Assembly (NCBI GenBank): GCA_964016885.1
Contig: OZ024740.1
Span: 423,956,001 to 424,020,000 of the forward strand
DNA: 64,000 nucleotides
From: Eledone cirrhosa
Lineage: Eukaryota
Reading direction: 5' to 3'
In this document: positions 1 to 14,911 of the stretch, in pieces
How positions within the stretch are numbered: position 1 is the stretch's first letter
Layout: every line of letters begins with the position of its first letter
Translations under genes and position numbers: made by a program
The notes under the pieces: model-generated
What the model was told of the DNA's origin: nothing
Databases searched by the model: none
What the model saw: the letters and a program-made list of their open reading frames with translations, nothing else

Positions 1-684
1 TTGTAACAGTAATATACGTGAACGGCAAAGCATAAACGAACTAAGGAAAAAATTAGAGATAAGAGGGATCAGATGTTGTTTACTCGAGAGAAGGCTGCGT
101 TGGTATGGACACGTGATGCGCATGAAAGTCGATAGCTGTATAACAAAGTGCAGGGCAATAAAGATAGACGGTAGCCACGGAATAGGCAGACCTAGAAAAA
201 CATGGGATGAGCTGATAAACTCCGACCTCACACACTTACACCTCTCCAAGACAATGTCACTGGACCGAGACCTTTGGCGGTACTCAGTAACAGAGAAGAC
301 CCGCCTTGCCAGTAGGCATCTCTAACAAACTACACCCCGTCCCGCCACCACCCCCACCCCATCCACACCACCCCGTTCTATGTAAAGTTATGTTGGTGCC
401 GCGCCATCCAGGCCGAAACAAATGAGATCGTGTAGGTGTCACGACAAAAAAACACACAGTCCACGCTGTAATGTGGCCGTGTAGGCAACACGGTAAAAAC
501 CTCCCAGACCCACACTGTAAATGTGGTTGGTGTTAGGAAGGGCATCCAGCTGTAGAAAACCCGCCAGACAGTCCTATGCGGGCAAGACAACCACTCTTGC
601 CTCAAGTGGGACTACCCCCCGTCCAAACCCATGCAAGCGTGGAACACGGACGTTAAACGTTGATGATGATGATGATGATGATGA
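1..684 (+). mobile_element. 3' end of RTE-clade LINE (same family as 10651-14592), cut by the window edge
   Basis: Nearly identical to about 13918-14592. Encodes the C-terminus ...GRPRKTWDELINSDL...RLASRHL*. The 3' UTR ends GGACGTTAAACG(ATG)n and runs into (TA)n. Confidence 0.93.
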
Positions 685-974
<290 letters not shown>

Positions 975-1084
975 GTATTAGTTATACTATTTATGGTTAT
1001 GTAAACACAAAACCTTAAGCAGTTGTAAGTATTTTACACACACCCTAAATAGTGGTAGGCAGTAATGTATTACTACCTTATTAC

Positions 1085-2490
1085 CAGGGAAAATACCCAT
1101 TTATACCTCTACGGCAGGTGTGACAACATCCACCCACTTGGACGGCACTACACCGCTCTAAGGGTAATTTGAGCATGAATTGATCGGTTGGATGGTGTTG
1201 GGCAGAGGAAATACCTTCCTTAGACAGATGTAAAATGATTTAATCGAGTAGCGCTGTTGACCAGTAGGATCGGGCTGCTGAGCGCAGTGAGTGAATGCAA
1301 TGCAACTGCCGTGCGGGTTGTACGTATATAGATGATCTGACGGTCAGAGAGGGGTCGCGAGGACTGCGGATTGACCTTTGGCTTGCCTGGGGACGATTAT
1401 CTTTCGACATCCAATGTAGCAAGCGATGACCCAGATCTTACCAGAGATCATTGGGTCCTGAAGCAATCCTGCAGTCACCGCGCCTGGTCATATGAGCAGA
1501 CTACAACCACAGAGATCATTAATTTAGAATCCTCACTCATCATCTATAATTTCCATTTGTAGCACCTTAAGATGGGTTAATCCACCTTAATAATAATATG
1601 ATCACCTTCAGCATAATTTAGTTAAACTACTCTATAGTTAGTACACTTTATGCTTTAAAAGTCTCTCTTGGAAGGTGCACCTCACCATAGAATTTAGGGT
1701 CTATATTGGGACACATTTTAATGGCTAGATATAGAAACCCCAGAGTTACCTCCCCGCATGCATTAACTCCCCTTAGCCACACACACACTTCCGGTATTCA
1801 ATGGCGTTTCTCGAAACGTAACAACCTCCTGTATCGAACTAAAGAACACCAGACTACGATCTCTAACTGGATTGTCGTGGATTATGTGAAAGGCATATAA
1901 TCGAAATATACACTCCCTTGACCATGAAAATGCCGAAGTACATGAATTACTTGACATCCCTGCGCTGTGCATCTCCAATACTTATAACACTTTTAATGCT
2001 TGCACTATCTTTAATGCTTATAATATTTCTCCACACACAGACTATATCAATCATATAAAGACTTTGCCACCAGATCTACCAACCTAACACTCTTATTTAC
2101 CTACCTAAGTGCCTCTACCACACATATCTCTCTGCCACACTATATAACAAGACGCACATGCGTGCCACACATATAACATTTGCACTATATAACCACTTAT
2201 CTTCATGTTGTACTTTAACCTATATCTTTGATTTTTGATTGTACCTATTAATATAAATGTAATCTCGAAGTGTGTACTGCCACTCTAAATTCTGTAATGA
2301 ATGTTGACCCACAATGTTTGAATATGTATCAATGTTTGAATATGTATTGGTATGTCTCTCGGCTGAAAAGGAGGTCATATAACTGTCCATGCATTAATAA
2401 ATTGCTCCGAAGAATCCAAACCTCGGTTTGGAGGAAACAGCTGTAAGCACAATAATGTTTTGAACAGTTCTTTGATTCTTATATTTCATA
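1085..2490 (+). repeat. pseudo-LTR copy 1 (about 1.4 kb)
   Basis: Near-identical to 5283-6688 and 7538-8943; three C/T differences noticed by eye. Confidence 0.95.
2401..2453 (+). ncRNA. Minimal type I hammerhead ribozyme-like motif (variant core CCGAAGA)
   Basis: TGCT-CCGAAGA-a[TCCAAAC ctcg GTTTGGA]g-GAAAC-AGCT-GTA^AGCA. Stem I TGCT/AGCA, 7-bp stem II, palindromic ACAGCTGT stem/loop III. Confidence 0.75.
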
Positions 2491-2698
2491 TAACTGCTCT
2501 GTAAATCATCTGATGTTTTTACATTGAGCTACTTAACTTACTGGTAATAAGGTAGTAATACATTACTGCCTACCACTATTTAGGGTGTGTGTAAAATACT
2601 TACAACTGCTTAAGGTTTTGTGTTTACATAACCATAAATAGTATAACTAATACTATTAACTGCTCCATATCGTTGAGCTGACATATAATATTGCCAAT

Positions 2699-5158
2699 AT
2701 GCTAATCAAAGACCAACTCCCCATGTCAACCAAGAACATACCAATACCATCCAGGAATACATATGAGAAATTGCTGATCAACAGTGTAAATTCATTTATC
2801 AATAGAGTGAGATGGAGGACATTCCATTATGATAGAAACAAATCTAACAACTTGAATAATACTAACAATTTTGACTCCTTCGGCTTTAAAACCTTTAAAA
2901 GCCCCCCTCATAACACTCTACTTAACTCCTTTGAAAATGACCTAGTTAAACTAGTTAAGAACATTAAATACAATAAGCACCATATTAGAAGCAACACCTT
3001 CTTAAACAAACTTAACACTTCTATTAGTGGATTCAAAACTAGTAATAAAATTATTGTACACGCAGTTAAAACTAATAACATATACAGCCTAGATTATATT
3101 ACTTATAGAAAGTTTATATATAATGAACTACATAAAAGCTACAAAAAAACCACCTTGAAAAACCTAGAAGATATTAATGTAGAGGGTTATAATATAGTGT
3201 CTAAACTAGGACTACAGAGGCATACACAACCTTTCACTCCGAACCCCCCTAGATTCTCTCTGAAGGACCATAAGGAGAACTTCATCAGCAACCCCACGAT
3301 AAGACTTATCTGCCCTTCCAAGTCCGACATTGGTATTATCAGCAAGAAGATTTTGGATAAAATCATCCCACAAATTAAACACAAGATACACCTTAAACAA
3401 TGGGGAAATACGGGTGAAGTAATTGAATGGTTTAAGGATATCAAGAATAATAAGAACAAAAAATTTATTCAATTTGATATCAATTCATACTACACCTCTA
3501 TTTCCCCTATCCTATTAAATAAGGCACTTATCATGGCCATGACCAATAGCGACCTGACTAGAGCCCAGGTTGATGTCATCCTTGCGGCCCGTAAAACCAT
3601 AATCACCTTCGAGGACCAACTATGGACACGCAAGGATACGCACAACAACTTCGACATAACCATGGGATCTAGTGACTCGGCGCAGGTCACTGATTTGGTC
3701 GGCCTATACCTCCTCAATGAAATCCATAAAGACCTCCCTTACCTCAACGGTGGTTTGTACCGCGATGATGCACTTCTACTCATAGAATATAAAAAATTTA
3801 ATATAGAAAGAACTAGAAAACAACTGCATAAGACATTCAAAAACTTTAACCTTAGTATCACCATGGACAAAAACACTAAAAATGTTAACTTCCTAGACGC
3901 CACACTATACCTAGACTCAAAAATATATACACCTTTCCATAAGCCTAATGAGAAACTTATTTACGTAGATACCAAGTCTAATCACCCTAGATCAATATTA
4001 AACTCTCTCTCTAAGGGGGTGTCCAATAGAATCTCTAGTCTGTCCTATGACGCAAACATATTTAGCAAAAACTCACAATATTACAATCAAGCATTAGCTA
4101 GCTCCGGCCATAATATAGAAATTGAGTTCCTACCTAAGAAAACACATAGCTACAACATCATCTCGCACAACATGTCCATGAGGAAATCTAATAATAGGAA
4201 TAGCAACCACAAGTACACCAAAGCGGAGGGTGCCACCGGAAGTAACCATTACCATGGAAACTACTGTGAGGCCTTAGGAGGAAGCAACACACCAAACACT
4301 AAAAGCAAAAATAGAAGAAGAAATAATACATTTTTCAACCCTCCTTTCAACCTAAATGTCTCCACCAACATACCTAGGGCTTTCTTCTCACTACTAGATA
4401 AAAACTTCCCTCTAGGACACAAGTACCACAACCTCTTAAACAAAAACACCATTAAAATCTCATACTCTACGACGCCTAACTTAGCATACCACATAGCTAG
4501 CAGCAATAATAGTAAAATTAGTTCTTACTTCCAACAAACAAAATCACAACGGGATGCAAACCCTCTAAATACCACTGTAGCAAGCAACAATAGCAACGGC
4601 AGTAACAATAGAAATAACACTAGTATAAGTAATAACACCAGGGTTGTCAACCCGAACACCCAAAATCCTATATCCACCACACAGACTTCCGCATTGCATT
4701 ATAACCAGCGGACTAACGCACAGAATAATTGTAACTGTAGAGCTAATAGAACCTGCCCTTTAGATAAAAAATGCCTAACCAAGGATGTCATATACTCATG
4801 CACAGTCACGACTAATAACTCTTCAGAAACCTATGTAGGCTCCACTTCTAACTGCTTCAAAATCAGATATAACTCGCACATCCACTCGTTCAAAAAGCAC
4901 AGCCTAGCCAACTCCACCTCACTTTCTAGCTACATACACTATCTAAAATCTAAAAATAAACCATACACACTCAAATGGGAAGTGATAGGCAGCGCGACCT
5001 CGTACAAACCACCTAATAAATTCTGTAACCTCTGTATACTAGAGACACACAATATTATCTTCTCCAACCGTAACCTACTTAACAAAAAATCTGAGGTGTT
5101 TGCAACTTGCCAGCACCGCCTCAGACATTCCTTCCAAAACTTTAAGCCCTATATATAG
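2699..5158 (+). CDS. Penelope-like reverse transcriptase + GIY-YIG endonuclease, 819 aa
   Basis: RT motifs PTIRLI, FDINSYYTSI, MGSSDS, LYRDDA, NFLDATL, FHKPNE, SNHP. Linker [15 protein letters not shown] (CxCx5Cx5C). GIY-YIG as VIYSC...TYVGST...FKIRYNSH. C-terminal CNLCILE...LLNKKSE...CQHR. Confidence 0.95.
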   Translation: MLIKDQLPMSTKNIPIPSRNTYEKLLINSVNSFINRVRWRTFHYDRNKSNNLNNTNNFDSFGFKTFKSPPHNTLLNSFENDLVKLVKNIKYNKHHIRSNTFLNKLNTSISGFKTSNKIIVHAVKTNNIYSLDYITYRKFIYNELHKSYKKTTLKNLEDINVEGYNIVSKLGLQRHTQPFTPNPPRFSLKDHKENFISNPTIRLICPSKSDIGIISKKILDKIIPQIKHKIHLKQWGNTGEVIEWFKDIKNNKNKKFIQFDINSYYTSISPILLNKALIMAMTNSDLTRAQVDVILAARKTIITFEDQLWTRKDTHNNFDITMGSSDSAQVTDLVGLYLLNEIHKDLPYLNGGLYRDDALLLIEYKKFNIERTRKQLHKTFKNFNLSITMDKNTKNVNFLDATLYLDSKIYTPFHKPNEKLIYVDTKSNHPRSILNSLSKGVSNRISSLSYDANIFSKNSQYYNQALASSGHNIEIEFLPKKTHSYNIISHNMSMRKSNNRNSNHKYTKAEGATGSNHYHGNYCEALGGSNTPNTKSKNRRRNNTFFNPPFNLNVSTNIPRAFFSLLDKNFPLGHKYHNLLNKNTIKISYSTTPNLAYHIASSNNSKISSYFQQTKSQRDANPLNTTVASNNSNGSNNRNNTSISNNTRVVNPNTQNPISTTQTSALHYNQRTNAQNNCNCRANRTCPLDKKCLTKDVIYSCTVTTNNSSETYVGSTSNCFKIRYNSHIHSFKKHSLANSTSLSSYIHYLKSKNKPYTLKWEVIGSATSYKPPNKFCNLCILETHNIIFSNRNLLNKKSEVFATCQHRLRHSFQNFKPYI

Positions 5159-5282
5159 CAATGTCGGACTGGAACCTAACACCACATCTAGCATCAAACA
5201 CCAGAGACACACCCTATACTACATACCCAACACTAGCTGATCCATTATAACACAAACAACGACATCCCTCTGGAACCCTTCG

Positions 5283-6688
5283 CAGGGAAAATACCCATTT
5301 ATACCTCTACGGCAGGTGTGACAACATCCACCCACTTGGACGGCACTACACCGCTCTAAGGGTAATTTGAGCATGAATTGATCGGTTGGATGGTGTTGGG
5401 CAGAGGAAACACCTTCCTTAGACAGATGTAAAATGATTTAATCGAGTAGCGCTGTTGACCAGTAGGACCGGGCTGCTGAGCGCAGTGAGTGAATGCAATG
5501 CAACTGCCGTGCGGGTTGTACGTATATAGATGATCTGACGGTCAGAGAGGGGTCGCGAGGACTGCGGATTGACCTTTGGCCTGCCTGGGGACGATTATCT
5601 TTCGACATCCAATGTAGCAAGCGATGACCCAGATCTTACCAGAGATCATTGGGTCCTGAAGCAATCCTGCAGTCACCGCGCCTGGTCATATGAGCAGACT
5701 ACAACCACAGAGATCATTAATTTAGAATCCTCACTCATCATCTATAATTTCCATTTGTAGCACCTTAAGATGGGTTAATCCACCTTAATAATAATATGAT
5801 CACCTTCAGCATAATTTAGTTAAACTACTCTATAGTTAGTACACTTTATGCTTTAAAAGTCTCTCTTGGAAGGTGCACCTCACCATAGAATTTAGGGTCT
5901 ATATTGGGACACATTTTAATGGCTAGATATAGAAACCCCAGAGTTACCTCCCCGCATGCATTAACTCCCCTTAGCCACACACACACTTCCGGTATTCAAT
6001 GGCGTTTCTCGAAACGTAACAACCTCCTGTATCGAACTAAAGAACACCAGACTACGATCTCTAACTGGATTGTCGTGGATTATGTGAAAGGCATATAATC
6101 GAAATATACACTCCCTTGACCATGAAAATGCCGAAGTACATGAATTACTTGACATCCCTGCGCTGTGCATCTCCAATACTTATAACACTTTTAATGCTTG
6201 CACTATCTTTAATGCTTATAATATTTCTCCACACACAGACTATATCAATCATATAAAGACTTTGCCACCAGATCTACCAACCTAACACTCTTATTTACCT
6301 ACCTAAGTGCCTCTACCACACATATCTCTCTGCCACACTATATAACAAGACGCACATGCGTGCCACACATATAACATTTGCACTATATAACCACTTATCT
6401 TCATGTTGTACTTTAACCTATATCTTTGATTTTTGATTGTACCTATTAATATAAATGTAATCTCGAAGTGTGTACTGCCACTCTAAATTCTGTAATGAAT
6501 GTTGACCCACAATGTTTGAATATGTATCAATGTTTGAATATGTATTGGTATGTCTCTCGGCTGAAAAGGAGGTCATATAACTGTCCATGCATTAATAAAT
6601 TGCTCCGAAGAATCCAAACCTCGGTTTGGAGGAAACAGCTGTAAGCACAATAATGTTTTGAACAGTTCTTTGATTCTTATATTTCATA
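5283..6688 (+). repeat. pseudo-LTR copy 2
   Basis: Copy 1 + 4198; ends ATATTTCATA into (TA)n. Confidence 0.95.
6599..6651 (+). ncRNA. Hammerhead-like motif, copy 2
   Basis: Identical to 2401-2453. Confidence 0.75.
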
Positions 6689-9946
<3,258 letters not shown>

Positions 9947-10619
9947 GAGATGAATAAATATAGGAGATGAATAAATATAGGAGATGAATATATATTTAAG
10001 TAAATATATATATACACGCATATCAATACTAATGGAAACCCTACCCTCCTGGTGGTTTTCTGCTAGTATATATGTTACTGGCAAAGTGAGAAATCTGGCA
10101 TTGCATGGAATAAATCTTTCACACTTCTTCAGTATTCTGGCCAATTCGAATTTTGAGAAGTAATTCTGCAAATGTTCTGCACTTTCCATGTTATGTTGGT
10201 TAGCAAACCAATCTTGTGAACATGTTAACATAGGTATGATGCCGTAATACATACATATATATATTTGTATTATATTGGGTATAAATCGAGGTTGTAGCTG
10301 TCATATAGCGGGTACTATTTGAGTTGTACATATATATATAAACACACAATTACACACATAGTCATAATACTACAGTGAATGTTAATGTATAAGAAATTAA
10401 TATTGATGCCAGCAAATGGTTTGCCATGGTAAGAGGCAGTGGAAGCTACCCTGTAAATTTGTAAAGTTTATGTACATCAATGTGACCAGTGTTAATGTTA
10501 TGACAACAACGATCTCTCACCTGAAGTGAAAAGGGGCAGAGATGATGACAGAATTAAATTAATGGTCTGGAAAAGGAGATTCAATAGCTGCAGAGGTAGG
10601 GGGAGAGGGAGAGTGAGAA

Positions 10620-10650
<31 letters not shown>

Positions 10651-10651
<1 letters not shown>

Positions 10652-13600
10652 CTGTATTTTTTGTTATTTATTAAGGTTTAAATACGGTGTTTTTGTCGTA
10701 TTGAACAGAACAAATCTTGCAGTTTTGCTTTTTGTTACTCGCTGTTAAACATTCATAACCTTCCAGCTAGCTACCCCACATCCCTCCCACCCGCCCCCAC
10801 ACACCACCATTCTTAATACGTGGACCAATCATAAGCCAGAGACCCCCCCCCACGCATCACCATTATTATTATAAGCCAGACCCCCCCCCCCCACACGCAT
10901 CACCATTATTATTATTACGCGGACCAATCATAAGCCAGAGGCCTATACTATCGCTTGCACGGTTGCCTTCGATATATGATGGATGGATGGATGGATGGAC
11001 GGACTGCGGAATCCTGGAGAGTGGAAGGGAGAGAAAAATCTGGACGCTCAGAGCGAAAATGCCAATGTTAAAGTCAAATTCACCTCGTGGACGAGAATGC
11101 GAGCACTCTTCTTTGTTTCGCCCGCGGATGGCTAACATAACCCCATCTCCCCCCGCCCCCCACCACCCCCACCCTCCAAACGCAATCCAAAACTTCAGAG
11201 TTGGTACCATAAATGTAGGCACCCTAAAGGGTCGCGCTAACGAGGTTGTAGAAATGCTTGAACGTAAGGAGGTCGATGTTTGTTGTATTCAAGAGACCAG
11301 GTGGAGGGGTGGGTCTGCTAGATTCATTGAGGGTAAAAAACGATGTTATAAGCTTTTCTGGGTGGGAAACGACGATGGGCTGGGTGGAGTAGGAATCATG
11401 GTAGCAGAAAAGTGGGCAGATAAGATAATAGACGTAAATAGAGTGAACGACAGAATAATTAAAATACGACTTGTCCTCAATAGAACTACGGTGACAGTAA
11501 TATCTGCGTACGCACCCCAATCCGGACTGCCCGGCACTATAAAAGACAGATTCTATGAGACACTGATGCTCACTACCTCCCAAATATCTGACAGTGACTA
11601 TATAATTATTGCAGGCGACCTAAATGGTCACGTTGGGCAACATTGTGACGGCTACGACGAAATCCATGGAGGCTATGGGTTTGGTACTAGAAATGAGGAA
11701 GGCTCCAGAATCCTGGAATTCTGTGATGCAAATAACCTAACTATCTGTAACACTAACTTCAAAAAACGTGACAATCACCTGATCACCTATAGATCCGGGG
11801 AACACACAAGCCAGGTAGATTATATCCTTACCAGAAGACGTGACAGAGTGTCTGTTGTAAACACTAAATCCCTCCCCCCATGAAGAATGCACCTCCCAAC
11901 ATAGACTGATAATTAGCGACCTCATAGTCAGGACGAGACGTACTCGACAGCAGAAGAGGACTATCCTCAGGAGAAAAATATGGAAGCTAAAGGACCCCAC
12001 AGCCAAAAATAAATTTCAAAACATATTACTTGATGCTTTCGACAGTAAGGAAGAACATTTAGAGTCGGACAATATAGAGGGACAGTGGGAATTACTGAAA
12101 GCAAACCTGCTGTTGGCGACAGACGAAGTCTGTGGCTGGAGCAGGCCTGTAGGCAGGAGGAGAGTAACATGGTGGTGGAACAGTAAGGTGGAGGGGTCAA
12201 TTAAGGCCAAAAAGCAGGCTTGGAAAGTATGGCGGGATGGGGGAAGTAGAGTAGACTATCAAGTGGCCAGGAGGGAAGCTAGGAGAGAAGTGTACTTAGC
12301 AAGAAGGGAAGCTGAGGAAAGAAAGTTCAAGCATGTCCTACAACGCGATGACCAAAAACGTGAGGTGTTCAGGATTGCTAGGCAATGCGTCAAGGAAAAC
12401 CGTGATATTGTCGGGGAGAAGTGTGTACTTAACGATGATGGCATACTTGCCATCACCGACACTGATAAGAAGGTAACTTGGAAGTGTCACTATGAAAGGC
12501 TACTAAATGAGGAGAATAAATGGGAGAAAGACAGTCTGCCCCATGTCGACCCAATAGAGGGACCAGCAGTGTTAGTCGAGGGGAGTATAATAAGTAAGGC
12601 AATCAAGGATATGAAGACAGGTAAGGCAGCTGGGCCTTCGGAAATAGTTGCTGAGATGCTGAAGGCATCTGGCACGGTGGGACACACCATGGTCACCCGC
12701 ATAGTTAACCAAGTCGTACAGAATGGGGTTGTTCCGAAGGACTGGCATAGCAGCATCATCGTTAACTGTTATAAGGGTAAAGGAGACGCCCTAGATAGGA
12801 GTAACTATAGAGGCATTAAATTAATCGACCAGGTCATGAAGGTCACGGAAAAAGTAATAGCGCAACTAATCAGAGAGAGAATTGACCTAGATGAAATGCA
12901 GTTCGGGTTTGTGTCAGGCAAAAGTACCACAGACGCTCTTTTCATAGTACGACAACTACAGGAGAAGTTCCTAGCTAAAGGTAAACCCCTCTACTTAGCT
13001 TTTGTCGACTTGGAGAAAGCCTTCGACAGAGTCCCCCGCTCCATTATCTGGTGGGCTCTTAGAAAACTAGGCGTTGACGAATGGCTTGTGAGGGCTATAC
13101 AAGCCATGTATAAAGAAACAGTCAGCAAGGTTAGAATTAACAACGAATATAGTGAAGAGTTTACCGTAAAAGTTGGCGTCCATCAGGGCTCTGTTCTCAG
13201 CCCCCTACTATTTATTATTGCCCTTCAGGCTATAACAGAGGAGTTCAAGACAGGCTGCCCATGGGAACTCCTATACGCAGACGACCTGACACTCATAGCG
13301 GAATCAATGGTCGAGCTAGAGAAGAAATTCCAAACATGGAAGCACGGCCTAGAGTCAAAAGGACTTAAAATTAACCTGGCTAAGACCAAAGTTCTAGTTT
13401 GTAGGAAAGAAAACAAGGCAGCGGTCCCTTCTGGGAAATGGTCGTGCTCGGTGTGTAGGAAAGGCGTAGGTAGAAACTCCATTTTATGTCCTAAATGCAA
13501 AGTATGGGTGCATAAAAGATGTAGTGGGATCACAGGTAAGCTAACTAAGAACATAGATTTTACATGTGGCCGGTGTTCTGGTGCAATAAGTAGCAGCAAG

Positions 13601-14592
13601 TGCCCACAAAATACTAGCTCTTTCAATTGCGCAGAGGGTTCTATAGAAATAGTGGACAGCTTCCGTTACCTGGCCGATAAAATCAGCAGTGGGGGAGGGT
13701 GCTCTGAAAGTACTGTAGCTAGAGTCAGAACTGGTTGGAAAAAGTTCAGAGAGCTTATACCACTATTAGCTGCTAAAGGGTTCTCCCTAAAAATGAAAGG
13801 CAGGTTGTACGATGCCTGCATACGAACAGCAATGTTGCATGGCAGTGAGACCTGGGCATTGTGTGCAGAGGATATACGCAGACTAGAGAGGAACGAAGCT
13901 TGCATGCTCCGCTGGATGTGTAACAGTAATATACGTGAACGGCAAAGCATAAACGAACTAAGGAAAAAATTAGAGATAAGAGGGATCAGATGTTGTTTAC
14001 TCGAGAGAAGGCTGCGTTGGTATGGACACGTGATGCACATGAAAGTCGATAGCTGTATAACAAAGTGCAGGGCAATAAAGATAGACGGTAGCCACGGAAT
14101 AGGCAGACCTAGAAAAACCTGGGACGAGCTGATAAACTCCGACCTCACACACTTACACCTCTCCAAGACAATGTCACTGGACCGAGACCTTTGGCGGTAC
14201 TCAGTAACAGAGAAGACCCGCCTTGCCAGTAGGCATCTCTAACAAAATACACCCCGTCCCGCCACCACCCCCACCCATCCACACCACCCCGTCCTATGTA
14301 AAGTTATGTTGGTGCCGCGCCATCGAGGCCGAAACAAATGAGATCGTGTAGGTGTCACGACAAAAAAACACACAGTCCACGCTGTAATGTGGCCGTGTAG
14401 GCAACACGGTAAATACCTCCCAGACCCACACTGTAAATGTGGTTGGTGTTAGGAAGGGCATCCAACTGTAGAAAACCTGCCAGACAGTCCTATGCGAGCA
14501 AGACAATCACTCTTGCCTCAAGTGGGACTACCCCCGTCCAAACCCATGCAAGCGTGGAACACGGACGTTAAACGATGATGATGATGATGATA
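10651..14592 (+). mobile_element. RTE-clade non-LTR retrotransposon, near full length (about 3.9 kb), inserted in a TA tract
   Basis: APE endonuclease + RT ORF, 3' UTR ending in (ATG)n, TA runs at 10620-10650 and 14591-14604. The 5' boundary is approximate. Confidence 0.9.
11128..14242 (+). pseudogene. RTE APE-endonuclease/RT polyprotein with one +1 frameshift at the C-run near 11874-11880
   Basis: APE motifs GTINVGTL, IQETRW, GGVGI, SAYAPQ, GDLNGHVG, SQVDYIL. Removing one C gives ...KSLPHEECTSQHRLIISD, in the frame of ORF 12113-14242. RT motifs SNYRGIKL, QFGF, FVDLEKAFD, GVHQGSVLSPLLF, LYADD, FRYL. The start codon is uncertain. Confidence 0.9.
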
Positions 14593-14911
14593 TATATATT
14601 TATAGAGAGATAGTGATGGCGAGATAGAAGAAGAGAAAGACAGAGATAGTGGAGAAGAGGGAGAGAAAGAGGAAGAAAGATTTAGAGCGGGAAAGAGAGA
14701 AATTGCGAGAGGAAGGGCTGTGTGCAGTAAGGTGAAACAGTGACACTCTTTGCTTCAAAGATTCACTAATATTATTAGACTGAAATGTTGAAATTTAGCT
14801 TTCCATGTAGCTTCTAATAGATTTTGTAGTTTGCTGTTGATAAAAGAATGGAAAGTGGATGTTAAATGGTGATGATGATTATATATATATATACACACAC
14901 ATATATATATA

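Noticed and set aside
1240-1978. Small 60-71 aa ORFs repeated in each pLTR
   Set aside because: Short, mostly non-ATG starts, no recognisable motifs; they recur only because the pLTR is repeated
2699-5700. Selenoprotein/SECIS system as reported for some Naiad elements
   Set aside because: The ORF has no in-frame TGA and ends in TAG; no convincing SECIS seen in the 3' UTR
1085-6688. LTR retrotransposon
   Set aside because: No TG..CA ends, PBS/PPT, gag, protease or integrase; RT and GIY-YIG are Penelope type
10190-10225. QDWFANQ as the missing PBX helix-3 exon
   Set aside because: Does not match the invariant VSNWFGNKRIRYKK; no basic tail follows
11881-11883. TGA read-through or selenocysteine in the RTE ORF
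   Set aside because: The downstream conserved sequence (EECTSQHRL) is in another frame, so this is a frameshift
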